Below are positions 1 through 13,024 of a stretch of DNA of 64,000 nucleotides, piece after piece. Position 1 is the stretch's first letter. Each line of letters begins with the position of its first letter. Source of the stretch: Zygnema circumcarinatum SAG 698-1b. Taxonomy: Eukaryota > Plantae > Zygnematophyceae. The stretch is from positions 1,364,001 through 1,428,000 of the forward strand of contig CM074804.1 of the NCBI GenBank assembly GCA_037447605.1, written 5' to 3'. The position numbers and the translations under genes are program-made. Under the pieces are notes generated by a model that was not told the DNA's origin, made no database searches, and worked only from the letters and a program-made list of their open reading frames with translations.

Positions 1-699
1 GCAGAACATTCTGTTTAACGGCCAGACATGTGTCATGCCGACGTGGTACCCCACGCTGCCAAGTGGCGCGCCCCGATTGGTCGGCCCCGCCACGCTGGCG
101 GTTGGGATCGTCTCCGTACTACTCTCCATGTTCTGCATCTCACTTTTTTAAATTAAATTTGTGTATTATTAAATAGAAAATAAAACGTATGCTGAAATGT
201 AGCAGCATAAACCCCCAATTATTTCGAACCCGTTTGGGTTCTGGCTGTATGGCAGAGCAGAAAATTGCTTCGTTGAAACCGCATGCGGAAATTAGATTTT
301 CGTTAAGCGGAGGGATTATTTACAGCCAGCAGAAAATTGTACAGCGGGAGGAAGGAGGGTTTTAAGGCTATTTGTACCCCATTTAAATTGTTTCAATTAT
401 TTGATGGATCGGATCGGCAGCTTTCAATCTGAATAGGAACTATCTGCTTAAAACCAGGTTCCCAGGCCGCTACACTTTTTGTTTCGAGAAAATAAAGGAC
501 AAATTGCTCTTTTTTTTTCTTCCAGAGGTGCGAGTCTCTGTACATAATATTTTACCATACTGGACTTACCTTCCAACAAAATCTCTCGTGCGCAATCTGT
601 TTTTTTTTTTTTTTTTTTTTTTGCAAAAGAAAATCAAAACTGTGAATCGCTTGAGTGGGCTGCCCGGCGTTCGTACTTTTCTGAAATCCGTACACCACC

Positions 700-1135
700 T
701 GCTGCAAATCCATGCCACGTGTCCACGGCCGCCTCCACGTCAGACTGAAAGAGCCAATCAGCCTCCGGTCCCCCTCTCCTCATCTGTGGGCCTCTAGTGG
801 AACCAATCACCGTCCACCACGTGGCAGCGAATGGAGAGCCTCCCATTGGCGGTTTTCCCCTGCTCAGTGGGAGCCAATCACGGGATGCCACGCAGTCATA
901 CATGACGTGGCAGCCCGTGATTAGTCCGTCTTGTCACGTGGAAGTCCCGCCCCCTGACGGTCGTAGGGCCGCCACGTATGCCTTCGTCAATCGGGAACGT
1001 CCTTTTCCAATTAAACGACGCCACGTGGCAGTCAACCAAAGGACGGTCAAAGCCAGTCAAACCATACCCATGCCACGTCTGCGCTGGCACCGAACCGCGC
1101 CATTCCACGTGTCATGCCGACCACGTGGCGCCCGG
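700..1135 (+). promoter_or_regulatory. Dense G-box/ABRE-like (CACGTG, ACGTGGC, ACGTGTC) and CCAAT cluster upstream of PRODH
   Basis: About ten ACGT-core motifs (e.g. gccacgtgtc ~714, ccacgtggc ~817, ~1021 and ~1120, tgacgtggc ~903) interspersed with CCAAT/ATTGG. Function is inferred from motif identity only. Confidence 0.5.
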
Positions 1136-1340
1136 TCGACCAGTCCCACCACGTTTCTAGAGGCTCCCTCTGCTTACTGCGAACTGCTTTTAGGGTTTGA
1201 GAGCGCAAGTCGCTGAGCTTCTCTGCGAGGGTTCAGGACTCCCTGCAGCGGGCAGGAGACCAGTCTCTTCAATTTTTTTTCTTTCTTTTTTGAAAGCTTT
1301 TCCTTTGTCATTGTTGCAGTAGTTTCTGCTTCCCCCTGCG

Positions 1341-4300
1341 ATGCCTGCGCTGCAATGGAAATCTTTCTTTTTTGGCCCTCCGCAGAAGCAAAATTTTCGA
1401 AAGTCTGCCCAGATTTTAGTAAGTTCATTCTATTCGCCGGCGTTGCAGGAAGCGGATATTTTGAAAGGTTTTAGGGGAAATTTACGGCTTCCCGAAGCAG
1501 CTCTTTCTCCCGCTATCCCATCAAATCCCTACAATTTCTTATCGCAAAAAAAATTATTTTCAAATCCGGCCCAACATCAGGAAGCCCCTCCTGAACCCCT
1601 CCCTTCCCTCTTCCCCTCCCAAAAGCCCAAAACCCACATAAACCCTAACCCCCTCCCACACTCCTTTGCACCCCTTGAAGCCCCCCAAACCCTAAAACCC
1701 CCCTACAAGCCCCACAACCCAAATTCCTCCAATGTCCCTGAACCCCTCCCAAACCCTAATTCCCCCGATTCCCCACCAAACCCAAATACCGAAATTCTTG
1801 ATCTCGACAATGCGCGCGACCTCTTCCGCCGCCTGTCCACGTCGGAGCTCGCCTCCGCGCTGTTGAATTTGGAGCTGGCGGCCAATGGGACGGCGGTGGA
1901 TATGGGCACAGCGGTTCTGCGCTCTGATTGGCTGCGGCGGAGCGCGCTGGGTGTGCCCCTAATGGCGGCCATACGGAGGACGGGATACGCGCACTTCTGC
2001 GCTGGGGAGACGGCGGAGGAGGCGGCCAAAACCCTCCGCAGGATGTGGGAGCTGGGGCTCAAGGGCATTCTGGACTTCAGGTGCAGGGGGAGAGGGCCCC
2101 TTCGCGCCCCCCTCTCCCCCTCTCTCTCTCTTTCTCTCTCTGTCTCTCTCTCTCTCTCTAGACCTCTCGACCTCCCTCTCTCTCCCCCTCGCTAGCCCCT
2201 CGTTCTCTCTCTCTCTAACTCCTCTCCCCCTCTAGCCCCTCTTCCTCTCTCTCGCTCTCTCTCTCTCTAGCCCCCCCTCTCGCTCTCCCTCCTTAGAACC
2301 CCACTCTCTCTGTCTCTCTGCCTCTCTTTTGCTCTCTGATTTTTCTCTCAGCTTTGCTGGCTCTCTCTCGGCCATTCTGTCTGCATCTTCCTCCGCCACA
2401 CCCTCTTGCTGTTGTGTCCCTCTCCCACTCGCTCACACTCTCCTGGTCCTACCTCTACCTCTGCCTCTGCCCCTCCCCCCCTCTCTCGTTCTCTCTCTCA
2501 CTCTCCCTCACCTGTGTACCTCATCTGGCATCATTTCCTTGCTGAATCAAATTCATCGATTTCGGACATGCAGCGTGGAAGATGCGCATGATTCCGAAAC
2601 TTGCGATCGAAATCTCGACGGATTTTTACGGACTATTCGACTAACAGCGGACCTTCCAGAAGAATCGGTGCGTCTCTCTTTTTTTTTTTATATATACATA
2701 TATTTTAGTTTGGAGTTTCTTTCTTTTGTTTTTTTACTTTTACATTATAAAGCTTTGGACTTTTTGACATCTGGGATTTCAGAGTTTTGGCTTCTACGGT
2801 CCTTTCCCACTCTTCTGCACAATACTCAGAATTTCAACGACTCGTGCTATTTCTTGAATCAACTGAAACCCTCAAAGTCCAAGTCCAGTAACGACCCTCT
2901 TTTAATAGCTAAAACCCCTCCGAACCCTAAAAAATGCGGTTTTTTTTTTTTTTTTTTAGGTTAGTTTTGCGTGTGTGAAGGTGACCGCTCTCTGCCCTCT
3001 CTCCACTCTCTCCCGCGCCTCCTCCCTCCTCCGTTGGCATCACCTCCACCCTCTCTCCCGCCCTCCATGGCTGCTCCCCTCCCTCCCTGTGCTGGCCCCG
3101 GAAAGCCCCATTTTCCATGTAACGGAGCCCGTTCCGTTGTCCGCTGAAGAGGAGAGAAACTTCCTGGAAGCGTACCAACGGCTGCGCGCCATCTGTCACG
3201 AATGTGAAGCACATGGAATTCCGTTATTAGTTGACGCGGAATACTTTTCCGTAGAACCGGCCATAGATCACCTCGCACATGCGGCAGCCCTAGAATTCAA
3301 CAAAGAAGTTCCGCGAGTTTATTCAACAGTGCAGTGCTATTTGAAAGACTCCATTTTCCGGTTGAGAAATTCGCTCGATGCGGCCAAGAAAATGGGAATT
3401 CCGTTTGGAGTGAAGTTGGTGCGAGGCGCGTATTTGACTCGCGAGTCAAAGTTGGCCAAGGAGATGGGAGTGGAGAGCCCCATATTTGGGGCGATAGAAG
3501 ACACGCATCGCTGCTATGACCAGTGCGCGGCGATGATGCTGGAGGCGGCGGGAGAGGGAGAGAGGGAGAGAGGGAGAGGGAGAGGGAGCGATGTGAGAGT
3601 GCTTCTGGCTACGCATAACTACGAGTCAGGTGAGCGGGGGGGAGGGAAAAGGGTGAGAGTCTGCGGTGTATCTGTAGTGAGTCTTCTTTCTGCGATTTTA
3701 GGGTCCTGGAGGGGTTTAAGGCTTCATGGGAGTTTTGAGGACAGTCCCTGAACCCCATGTCATTGGCACTCCTCTCTCCCTCTCTCTCTCCCCCCTCTCT
3801 CTCTCTCTCTCTCACAACGCTGCTGCTTTGGAAAACCCAATTGTCAGACCCCGTCTCCCTCTCCACACACAGTTCACGGAAGCACGTGCCAACTATCTCC
3901 CAGCCCTAAACCCTAAACCCTGACCATTACACCCTACTGCCTAATCCATAATCCTTTAACCCTAACCCCTAATTCCTAAACCCTAACCCCTCCTCACCCT
4001 AGAACCTACACCTTATCCCTTCAACGCCAAGCCCTCTGAACCCCTTAAAACCCTTAGCGCTGACCTTGACCCTTAAACCCCTAACCCCTACCCCGTTAGC
4101 CCTAGCCCCTATATCGCAACATATAACACCCGAAAACTCTAACACCCCTAAAAACCCTAAACCCCTAACACCCTAACACGCTAAAACCCTACAACCCTAA
4201 ATCCCTAAAACCCTAACCCTAACACCCTTAAATCCCTAAACCCCTAAAACCCTAACACCCTAAACCCCTCAAACCCTAACGCCCTAAACCCCTCAAACCC

Positions 4301-5103
4301 TACTACCGTAAACCCCTAAAACCCTATCACCCTAACACCCTAAAACCCTTAACACCCCTCAAACCCTGACACCCTAAACCCCTCAAACCCTAACACCCTA
4401 ACACCCTAAAACCCTCACACCTCTTAAACCCTAACACCCTCAACCCTCAAACCCTAACATCCTAAAACCCTAAACCCCTGCGCGCGCAGGCCGCGCCGCG
4501 GCGGTGAAGGCTTGGGCGGAGGGCCTCGGGGCGGGGCCGGCGGCGCAGTTCGCGCAGCTGAAGGGGATGGCGGAGGGCCTCTCGCTGGGCCTCGCGCGGG
4601 CGGGCTTCCGCGTCAGCAAGTACCTGCCGTACGGCCCCCTGGCTGACGTCATGCCGTACCTCATTCGGCGGGCGGAGGAGAATCGCGGCGTGCTCGGGAA
4701 CACGGCCGAGGAGAGGCGGCGGATGCGGTAGGGAGGGAGGGAGGGGGGTTTAGGGTTTGGGGAAAACCTTAAAATAGGGTAAAAACGCTAAGAATAAATG
4801 ATCCGTGGATGCAAAAAACTTGCAAACTGGGCAAAATTTAGGGACCGTAGAAAAGTGCAAACCCTAAAACGGGAAAAAAAACTTCACGATATATTAATTT
4901 AAAATGGTTTGTAAGTCTTGGAAAACTTTAGGTTCAGGAAAGTTTGACACCTTGGCCAGGTAAAAGCCAGAAACTGGAAATTGGCTGACGTATCTTGGGA
5001 ATGTTGATGACGTTGGAGGGAGGTCGTTGACTTGTTTGGCTGACGTCACACACGCAGGAGCGAGCTGATTCGACGACTGCGAGAGTCCGTTCACATTGTG
5101 TGA
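1341..5103 (+). CDS. PRODH: Proline dehydrogenase (mitochondrial, FAD-dependent), 5 exons: 1341-2080, 2574-2667, 2960-3629, 4490-4727, 5058-5103
   Basis: Plant ProDH motifs LDFSVEDA, VKVTALCP, PLLVDAEY, GVKLVRGAY, LATHN, FAQLKGM, SKYLPYGP, YLIRRAEEN and terminal MRSELIRRL. All GT-AG junctions are phase-consistent. The start codon is the least certain part. Confidence 0.95.
3900..4480 (+). repeat. Degenerate telomere-like (AAACCCT)n tract in PRODH intron 3
   Basis: Imperfect aaaccct/aacccct/accctaa units run up to the acceptor AG at 4488-4489. Confidence 0.9.
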
Positions 5104-6624
5104 ACGCTGCGAATTTCGGTTTTTATGGAAGGGGAAAGTTCTCGTCGATGTAACAAAGCAGGGTTTAGGGTTTCGCGACGAGCTCTGTACATGATTTTCA
5201 TGTCCGTGGTTCCATGTTCACGGAACGGATTTATTGGATGTCCGACGTACATATAGAACGAGAGCTGCTTGGTGTAAAAAGGGACTAACAAAAGGAGTTT
5301 TTTTTTTATTTTCGTAATTGTTTTTGCTGAGACCAGTTCGATTGGTTTGTACAGAGTTTGAGATTTGCAGAAGGTAGTCCGTACAGTTCCTGCGCCCTGT
5401 GGACGAGTCGGATTTTTAGGGTTTCCTATTAGGAAGGAGGGCATGGAGAAGGGAGCGTTACATAAATCTATGAAGTCGTGCAGTTGCGGAACTTTTGTAG
5501 ATGGAGAGTTTCAAAGATTTGTTTCATTTGTTCTTACATTCATATCATTACAATTTCAAAATCATTTTTTTCTAAAAAATTGGAAAAAAATTGCTCGTTT
5601 TGCGGTTTTTTGCTTTCAGAAGTGGTTGATCTGTGCGAGTTTTTACACTTTTTGCCAGATTTCTGGTTTTAAGGATGGAGGATTGTAATGGTTCTGCGAA
5701 ATCATTAAGGTTTTTGTAGGTTTCACCAATGACACGACGCCACCTGGCGTCCTCTCGTGTAGCCAAATTTCTTGGATTGAGAGGGCAATAAGGTCCAAGA
5801 TTCAAAAGAACCTGAAATCAGGAGGAGGCCGGATCCACCAAACGTATGGGATCCACCCAATTTGTTTAATGGATCAACGGCGAACCTTGAACCAAGTCCT
5901 AACGACCAGTGTTGTCGCACATTTTTCTGTGACCTTCTTTAGTACTGTACCAGGACGCCTCTTACGGCTCGTACGACTCCCTCGAGTGCCCAATGCAAGA
6001 GTGAGGGGTAGAGAAGGAGAGCGTGAAGAGAGGAGTGAGAGAGAGAGAGAGAGAGCAAGAGACGGAGTAGACGAGAGGGAAGAGATGGGGAGATGGGGTG
6101 ATAATGAGAGAGAGAGAACGAGGCGGAGTGGAAAAGTGGGAAGAGGGGGAGTGGGAGAGGGAGCAAGAGAGGGAGAGCACTTGAACAACCACATTCATAA
6201 ACATGAGGGCGTGAGAGAGAGGGCAAGAGACAGAGAGTAGAGAGAGGGAAGAGAGGAAGTGAGAGGCACAGCAAGAGACAGTGGGAGGGAGGGAAGAGTT
6301 GGAGAGAGAGAGAGCGAGGAAGACAGAGTAAGTGAAAGTGAGAAGCTCACCCTTGCAAACGCACAACTACACAAAACCTAATCAGATTTATAGACATCCT
6401 GTCAGAATACATATATCCACAAAGTCAACTTTACAGTTTTCGAGTTTATAGGGTCTCTTTAGAGCTAGTAAGTTTCGCAGGATTTCCAGGACCCATGCTG
6501 CCTCCTAATCCTCTGCTTCATACCTCCAAAAGGAGGACACTTCCCCAGTTTCCCAAAACAAACCGCCGTCAGACTGAAACAGAAAAGGCGGAAGCCCTGA
6601 ACCCTACCCGGCCGCCTGCCATTC

Positions 6625-8909
6625 TCAGAGCTCCTGAACCCCGCCCTCGAGCCCGAGGAGGGGGTCGAGGAGGGCCTTCCAGTCATCGACTGCCCAGGAT
6701 TCGTCGGCTCCTAGAACTGAGACTCCGTTCACAAGGAACGTGGGGGTGGCGACAACGGAACGGTGGCAGCCGTACTGCCATGGAAAGGGAACAGAGAGCA
6801 GGATCAGCTTGAGCTGCGGGAGAGAGGGGATACTTGAAAGTGTGTGGAGGGAAGAGAGGGGAAGTTAAGGGAAGGGGAAGGAAGGAGTGGAAGGGAGAGA
6901 GGAGAGGCAGAAGTGAAGGGAGGACAAGAGCGGAATGGAGGAGAGGAGGAGAGACAAGAGGGCAGGAGGCGAGACAGGGAGGGAGGGAGGGAGGGAGGGA
7001 GGAAAGGGAGAGAGAGAGAGCCTTTTCCAGTAGCCTTCAATAACCTCAAAAGGGAAAAATACCCGAGATGGTTAACAGAATGCAGTTCAAATTATGCATC
7101 TGAAGCTCAGAGGACCAAATGGAAACCCAAATTCATGCACCATGGCACATTAAACCCCTCACATGGACCCGAAACCCTAAAAATCCTAAAAACAAAAGAC
7201 ATAACAAACCCTACTGTACTAAAAACTCCAAAACTCTATAACCCTGGAAATTCTAAAACTCTAGAAAATCCCAAAACCCAAAACCCCCTAATCCCCATGA
7301 TGACGATGCACACCTTGAAAGAAATTCTGGTGAGGCTGTCAGTGCGCGAGTCCTCGTAGCCGGCCAGGAAGGCTCCCTTTTCTATGCCGATTTCAGTTGC
7401 CAGTTCCGCGAAACGGTCCACCACGACGACGGGAGGGAGATACTTCGTGTACGGGTCGGAGAATTCAGCCTGGGAATAATAAGAATGGTGAGTTAGTAGA
7501 AGCAAGGGACAGGGAGGGAGAAGAGACGTAGGAGAAAAGAGAGGGAGGATGGAGGGAGAGGAAAAAAGGCTGATCGACGGGATAGACGTGAGGTGAAGGA
7601 TGGATGGAGAGAGGAGGGAGAGCGGAGGGAGAGAGGAAAGCAGAGGGGGCGCAAGTGGCCCAGAGGGAGAGAGGGGGGGATAAAAAGAGAAAGATTTGGG
7701 CGAGCGAGACAGACAGGCAGAGAGAGAGAGAGGGGGAAAGGGAGGGAGGGAGGGCGGGAGGGAGAGAGCGCGAGAGGCAGCGAGAAAGAGAGAGTGACCT
7801 GATGCTTGTACACGAGGTCCATCCACGGGTACGCGAGCGAGGCGTTGAGGGAGGCGGCGATGTGCATCCCCCGCGCGGCGAAGTTGGCGTTGTGGTGGAA
7901 CCTGCGCCGCCCCAAGGGCCCTCAGCATGCCGGGCACCCATGCCGGTGCACACATGCACATGCATGCATGCATGTGCATGTGCGTGTGCATGTGCATGTG
8001 CATGAGCATGTGTGCATGCATGCATGCTGAAACCCCACTGCACCAGAACCCTCAACCCGAAACCCTAAAGGGTGCACCTGCAGCCTCCGCCGGAAGCGCT
8101 GAAATGTTACTCCCCAAACCCTAATCCATTGAAGTGTAAGCCTTCAAACTTGAACCCTTTCGACACTGAACCCTATCCCTTAAATTGCTCCTTATTGTCT
8201 CAAGCTTAAACCCTGAACACTACACTTTCTCCGCTCATTCCTACCCCTCACCCGCCCACATTCAGCACTAAACCCTAAACCTCAACACGTACGGAACAAG
8301 AAAAGCGAGCATAAAAATGCGCCCGAAGCCCTCAACTCTAACCTTTAAACCCTTTACCCTAAAATCTTTAACCCTGAGCCCCAAGCTCTTGACACGTACA
8401 GAGCTACAGACGGGTGCACGAACCCTAAACCCGAAAACCCTAAACCCTGAACCCTAACTCTAGACCCTCAACCTAACCCCTAAATCCTAAACCCTAAATC
8501 CTAAAACCCTGAACCCTGAAAACCTTACACCCTAACCCTAAAACCCTAAAACCTAAAACCCTAAAACCCTAAATCCTGAAACCCTTACACCCTTAAACCC
8601 TTTAAGCCTAAACCCTAAACCCTGCACCATGAGTTTCGGCACGTACGGAACCGGGAACGGGTGCACGATGAGCTGCACGCGGGCGGGGTCGTACAGCGCG
8701 AGCGCATCCCTGAGGACTGGCCACGCCGCGCGGCAGCCCGGACAGAGCAGGTCGAAAAACGCCTCCACCACTACAGGACGCGCTGACGTGGCGCCACCGC
8801 CCAGGGCGAATCCGTCGTACCGCGCCGGCACCGGAAACTGCGCCGCAACCTGCGCCGCGAGGAGCGCCAGGAAGGCGGCGCGCAGGAGGGCCACGGCGGG
8901 CCGGGCCAT
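6625..8909 (-). CDS. Secreted DsbA-like thioredoxin-fold protein (At1g20225/At1g76020-type), 4 exons: 8909-8647, 7901-7799, 7469-7314, 6774-6625; 223 aa
   Basis: Signal peptide, then FPVPARYDGF, EAFFDLLCPGC, VHPFPVPFHHNA, TRISFKYGCHR, ATPTFLVNG and WKALLDPL. Splice phases are consistent. Confidence 0.88.
7920..8035. repeat. CATG/TGCA-rich low-complexity repeat (intronic)
   Basis: Runs of catgca/tgtgca. Similar tracts occur at ~9410-9560 and ~15085-15125. Confidence 0.75.
8040..8625 (+). repeat. Degenerate (AAACCCT)n tract in intron 1 of the DsbA-like gene (G-rich on the sense strand)
   Basis: Repeated aaaccct/accctga units directly after the minus-strand donor at 8646. Confidence 0.85.
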
Positions 8910-9117
8910 GGCGGGAGGGAGGGAGGGTTCGGGGGCGTAGGAATTTAGGGGTAGGATTTAGGGTTTAGAGTTCAGGGCTTAAGGGAAGGTCGAGGGCTGG
9001 CGGGGACTTCGAAGGTGAAATGGTCGGGATGGGATGGACCGTACGGTACGGTAAGGTCCTTTGGGAGCGTGTGCTTACGTCATGTAGAGAACATACCGTC
9101 ATCGCATAGGACGTGAA

Positions 9118-9144
9118 TGACTCAGGTCACCTGAGTCAGGTGAC
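9118..9144. promoter_or_regulatory. Overlapping palindromes containing two AP-1/GCN4-like TGA(C/G)TCA sites in the divergent DsbA-like/OTU intergenic region
   Basis: TGACTCAGGT-C-ACCTGAGTCA (9118-9138) overlaps GTCACCTGA-G-TCAGGTGAC (9126-9144). Confidence 0.4.
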
Positions 9145-9966
9145 GCTATCTGTACGGAGACTTTGTTAACAGTGTTTGTACTGTACATTAAGGTAAACGA
9201 CAAAAGTGTACGAAACGGTTTGGAAACCCTAAACGAGGAAAGTGGCCGACTTCAAAAATTTGATTGAAGGGATTTCTTCGTTCGAGAAATATTACAGACG
9301 TGGCCTGCCGCTTCCTGGGCCAACGGCTAAAAGGGGAACCATTGATTGACCGCGAGGCCGGGCAGGTGTTTAGGGTTGCTGGAGGCGCTGCAGGGGAGGC
9401 GGTTTTGCGAACATGTATGTGTGTGATCCTGCATGCATGCGTAAATAGGAATGGATGTGCCTGCATGCATATGCATGTGTAAGTGATATGTTTATGTGTG
9501 TATGTATGTATGTCTGCATGCCTGTACGCATGTATGTATGCATTGATGCATGACTTCGCATGTCTGACAAGCAGAACGGATCTCAGAGTAGAATTGCTGT
9601 CCTCTGCTCTTCTAAGCTACCTGTCTCTCTCTTTCTCTCTCTCTCTCTCTTCCTCGCCCTCTTCCTCCTTTCCATTCCACCTAAACTAGTGACGAAGATG
9701 AGGATGAAACCATCCACCAAGTATTTCTTCATCCCTTTTCTTAATCATTTTCGTTTGTCTGTTTCTGCCATTTCTAGACGTCGTCAAGACTCCGACCTTT
9801 CTCCCGCAACGCTTCGTTTTGAAAAAGGATCCCAAAAACGAAAATGAATTAGGTTGACGTGTTTTGCTGCAACCTTCCTCTCCAGGTTTCTCCGGGTGCC
9901 GAGCCTCAAGCTTTACAGGGTTTTATAGATTCACAAATTTGAAAGGTTTAGGGTTCAGGATTTTGA

Positions 9967-12900
9967 ATGGGAGAAGCGGAAGCTGGAGAGCGGGCGGTGG
10001 ACTATGAACCCCTTGAAGACTCCAAAACTCTTTATTCTGAAAAAATTGAGTCAGGGTTCAGACAATCCAACGAAGCTTCTCAGAACCTTCATGAAGCAGG
10101 CGCCCCTGTAGAGATCGCCGGATACTTAGAAGCTGCTCCTCAAAATTCTAACGAACGGCAACTACTTAACGAAAGCAGGCCGACGGATGACGCAATTTTG
10201 AGGCAGGAAAATGAAATTAAAGCAGAAATGGCGGGAAAGTTGGAGTACATTGGGGAAAAGGTAAGCATTTAATGAAACCAATGTTTTGCAGGTCTTGATG
10301 TTTCTTTCGCTTGCTTTGGAGGAGGCTGCTTTCTGCATTTGTAGAATTTTGGATTTTTTTCATGCATTAAAATGGGTTGATGTGAGGTCACATTTTCAGG
10401 AACCGCTTGCGATCTTGGCCGCAGAATACGAGGCTGGAAATTCCATTTTCCGAGCAAAAATTGAGGTAAGAAATTTAACACAAACGTCGAGATTTTGAGA
10501 GATAACTGTGTTACGGTATTTTCTGATAAAACTCGACTAACAATTGAATTCATGCTGACTAACCACTGAATGGGGGTTGACCAACCATTGGATGTAGACC
10601 AGTTGCAGGTTTCGCATTTTCTGTATGTGGTTTAAACTGTATGTTGTCATTGAAAACATTAGAGTATGTTCAGTTTTTTTTTTTTTTAAACTCACTCCTG
10701 TATTACAGCATTCTTTGCTAACTTCTAGTTTCCCATTTGGAGTATTCAGCCCGCCAGGGGCGTGACAGCGGTTGGCAGAAAAATTTGAAGGCATCCGCCG
10801 AGCTCGGGGGGACGGGAATTGCTTCTTCCGCAGCTTCATGTTCTCTTATCTGGTGCGCCAAGCTCCCTCTGCCTCTCCCTCTCTCTCTCTCTCTTCCTCC
10901 CTTCCTCTCTCTCTCCCTCTCTTCCTCTCTCTCTCCCACTTTTTCTCCCTCTTTCCCTTTCCCTCCCTCCCTCCCTCTATTTCTTCCTCTCTACTTCCTT
11001 CCCTCTCTCACTCTCCTCTTCTCTCTCTCTCTCGTTCCCTCTCTCCCTCCCTCTCTCATCCTCGCTCTCCCTTTCTCTCCCTCTCCCCTCCACCCTCTCT
11101 CTCCCGCTTTCCCTCCCTCCTTCCTTTCTATCGCTTTGCTCTCCCCTTTCTCCTCGCACTCTTCACCCTTTCTCTTTCCCCTCTGCTTGATTTCCTTGGG
11201 TCTCTCACGTGTCCTCTCCTGTTTCCTCACTCACCTCCTTCCCCTTCCTCTCCTCCTCTCCAGCCTCTCTCTTTCATTCTCTCCTCTCCTCTCACTCCTC
11301 TCCTTTCTTTCCCTCTCTCAATCCCCTCAAGTCTCTTTTGTATTTCCCCCCCTTCTCTCGTGCTTCCTTCCCCCGTCCGCCCTCTCTTTCCCTCTCTCTT
11401 TTATCTCTCCTTTCGTGCCCTCTCACCTTTCCCTCAAATCCTTCACGCCGTTCCTTTTTGGCCAACCCTTCTTCTTCTTTCCCGATTCCATTCCTTCCCC
11501 GTCCTCTCCTTTCTTTCCCTCTCTAGATTCCCTCAACTCTCTTCCGTATTCTTTCTCCCTCTCTCTTCCCTACCCCCCCACTCTCATTCTCTCCCATCCA
11601 CTCCCTTCCTCTCCCTTCTTTCCCTCTCTTTATCCTCTCAAGTCTTTCCTGTCCTTCCTCCCTCCCCTCCCTCCCCTCCCTCCCCTTCCCCCTCCACCCC
11701 CCCGCCCCCTCTCCCTCACGCTGTCTAGGGGAGTCTCCTTTGCGCTGTCTGGTAAAGCAGGAGCACATTTTGGAGTGTGAGGCCGAGAGCGAAGCTCGGC
11801 GCATGCTGGAGAGGCTCCCCCACTGCCGGCATCTGCTTTCAAGTGCCGGATATGCGGAGTTCACATGGGAGGATTTCATGATGGTGAGGGCGCTTCACAT
11901 TTTCGGTTCAAGCAATTCAAGTGGTCTCAAGCAAGATCATTTAAATCGCTTTAAAAATGTAGCTTCACATGAACTCTTTTTTTTTTTTTTAACTTTTAAA
12001 TAATGGTTTTGGAACAAACTCTTCGACTGTTATTGTTTTCGTTATTAGTATTCGCTTGGTTTTAAAGAGGTCCGAGAAGTTGAAGGCCCACATTCAATGG
12101 GGGATTGGCTGCAGGTATTTCAAGAACAAATAGAGAGTGTGAGACCGGGGCGGGAAACCACTATCAGGTATGGAGGGGCAGTTTCTTCATCACTCGTCTC
12201 ACGTTCTCTCTCCCTCTCCTTCTCCCTCGTTTGTTCCGTCCCCTTTCTCTCTCTCCGTCCTATTTCTCATTTCCTGTTTCCTCACTCACCTCCTTCCCCT
12301 TCCTCTCCTATTTCTCTTTCCCTTCCTCCCCGTCCTCTCCCCCCTCCCTGCCCTCCCATTTCTCTCTCTGTCTCTTTTATCCCCCTCCCCCCCCCCCCCC
12401 CCGCTCTCTTTTCCTCCTTCCCTGACATGAGTCACTCCTCCCTTTTCATTTTCCCCTCCAATCTCTGCAAAATGTACTTTATTCTAATAAATTAAAATTC
12501 AAGTAAGATCTGGTTGTTGCCTGAGTGGAATCTGTTTTTTGAAAGACTGAAACTCTTCAATTCTTTCTTGTTTGTGTGTTGTATCAATGGCAGCCATGAA
12601 ACTCTCGTGCAACGATGCCGCGATTCAAGCGTTTCCGATTACGGTGAGTTTCCAATGAAAATAAATTTTCTCCGGTCTCCAACGAACCTACAAGGCTTTG
12701 AAAGAAGAAGCCAGACAAAAGACTTCACAAAAAACTTGTGCTCGCACAGTCTCTGCTTCCTGCTTCTTTAAATATCTCATAGAAGCGATCTTTCTTGAAG
12801 AACACTCTCCAGTCTCATGCAGACGATAGGCATAGTGGGTTGACAGGCTTAAGACGAGAAGGAAGATGGGGGATGGGAATGAATCTGTCCACCTTCTCCC

Positions 12901-12991
12901 CTTTTCAGGACTTCTCCGCACTCTCTTCCTCCCTCCCTCCACGCCTCTCCCCCCCACCCTCCCTCTCTCTCCCTCTCTCTCCCTCTCTCTT

Positions 12992-13024
<33 letters not shown>

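Noticed and set aside
3900-4480. True or healed chromosome telomere
   Set aside because: Tracts are highly degenerate, intronic, and occur in both orientations throughout the window.
5874-6400. Small minus-strand gene between PRODH and the DsbA-like gene
   Set aside because: A possible AG|exon|GT near 6345-6400 may be a 3' UTR intron of the DsbA-like gene; no convincing protein could be assembled.
10737-11780. Long Ser/Leu/Pro-rich or Glu/Arg-rich ORFs (also 16329-16869, 31199-32573, 39475-40299, 51221-52354 and others)
   Set aside because: Read-through of intronic (CT)n/(GA)n microsatellites; only the embedded exon fragments are coding.
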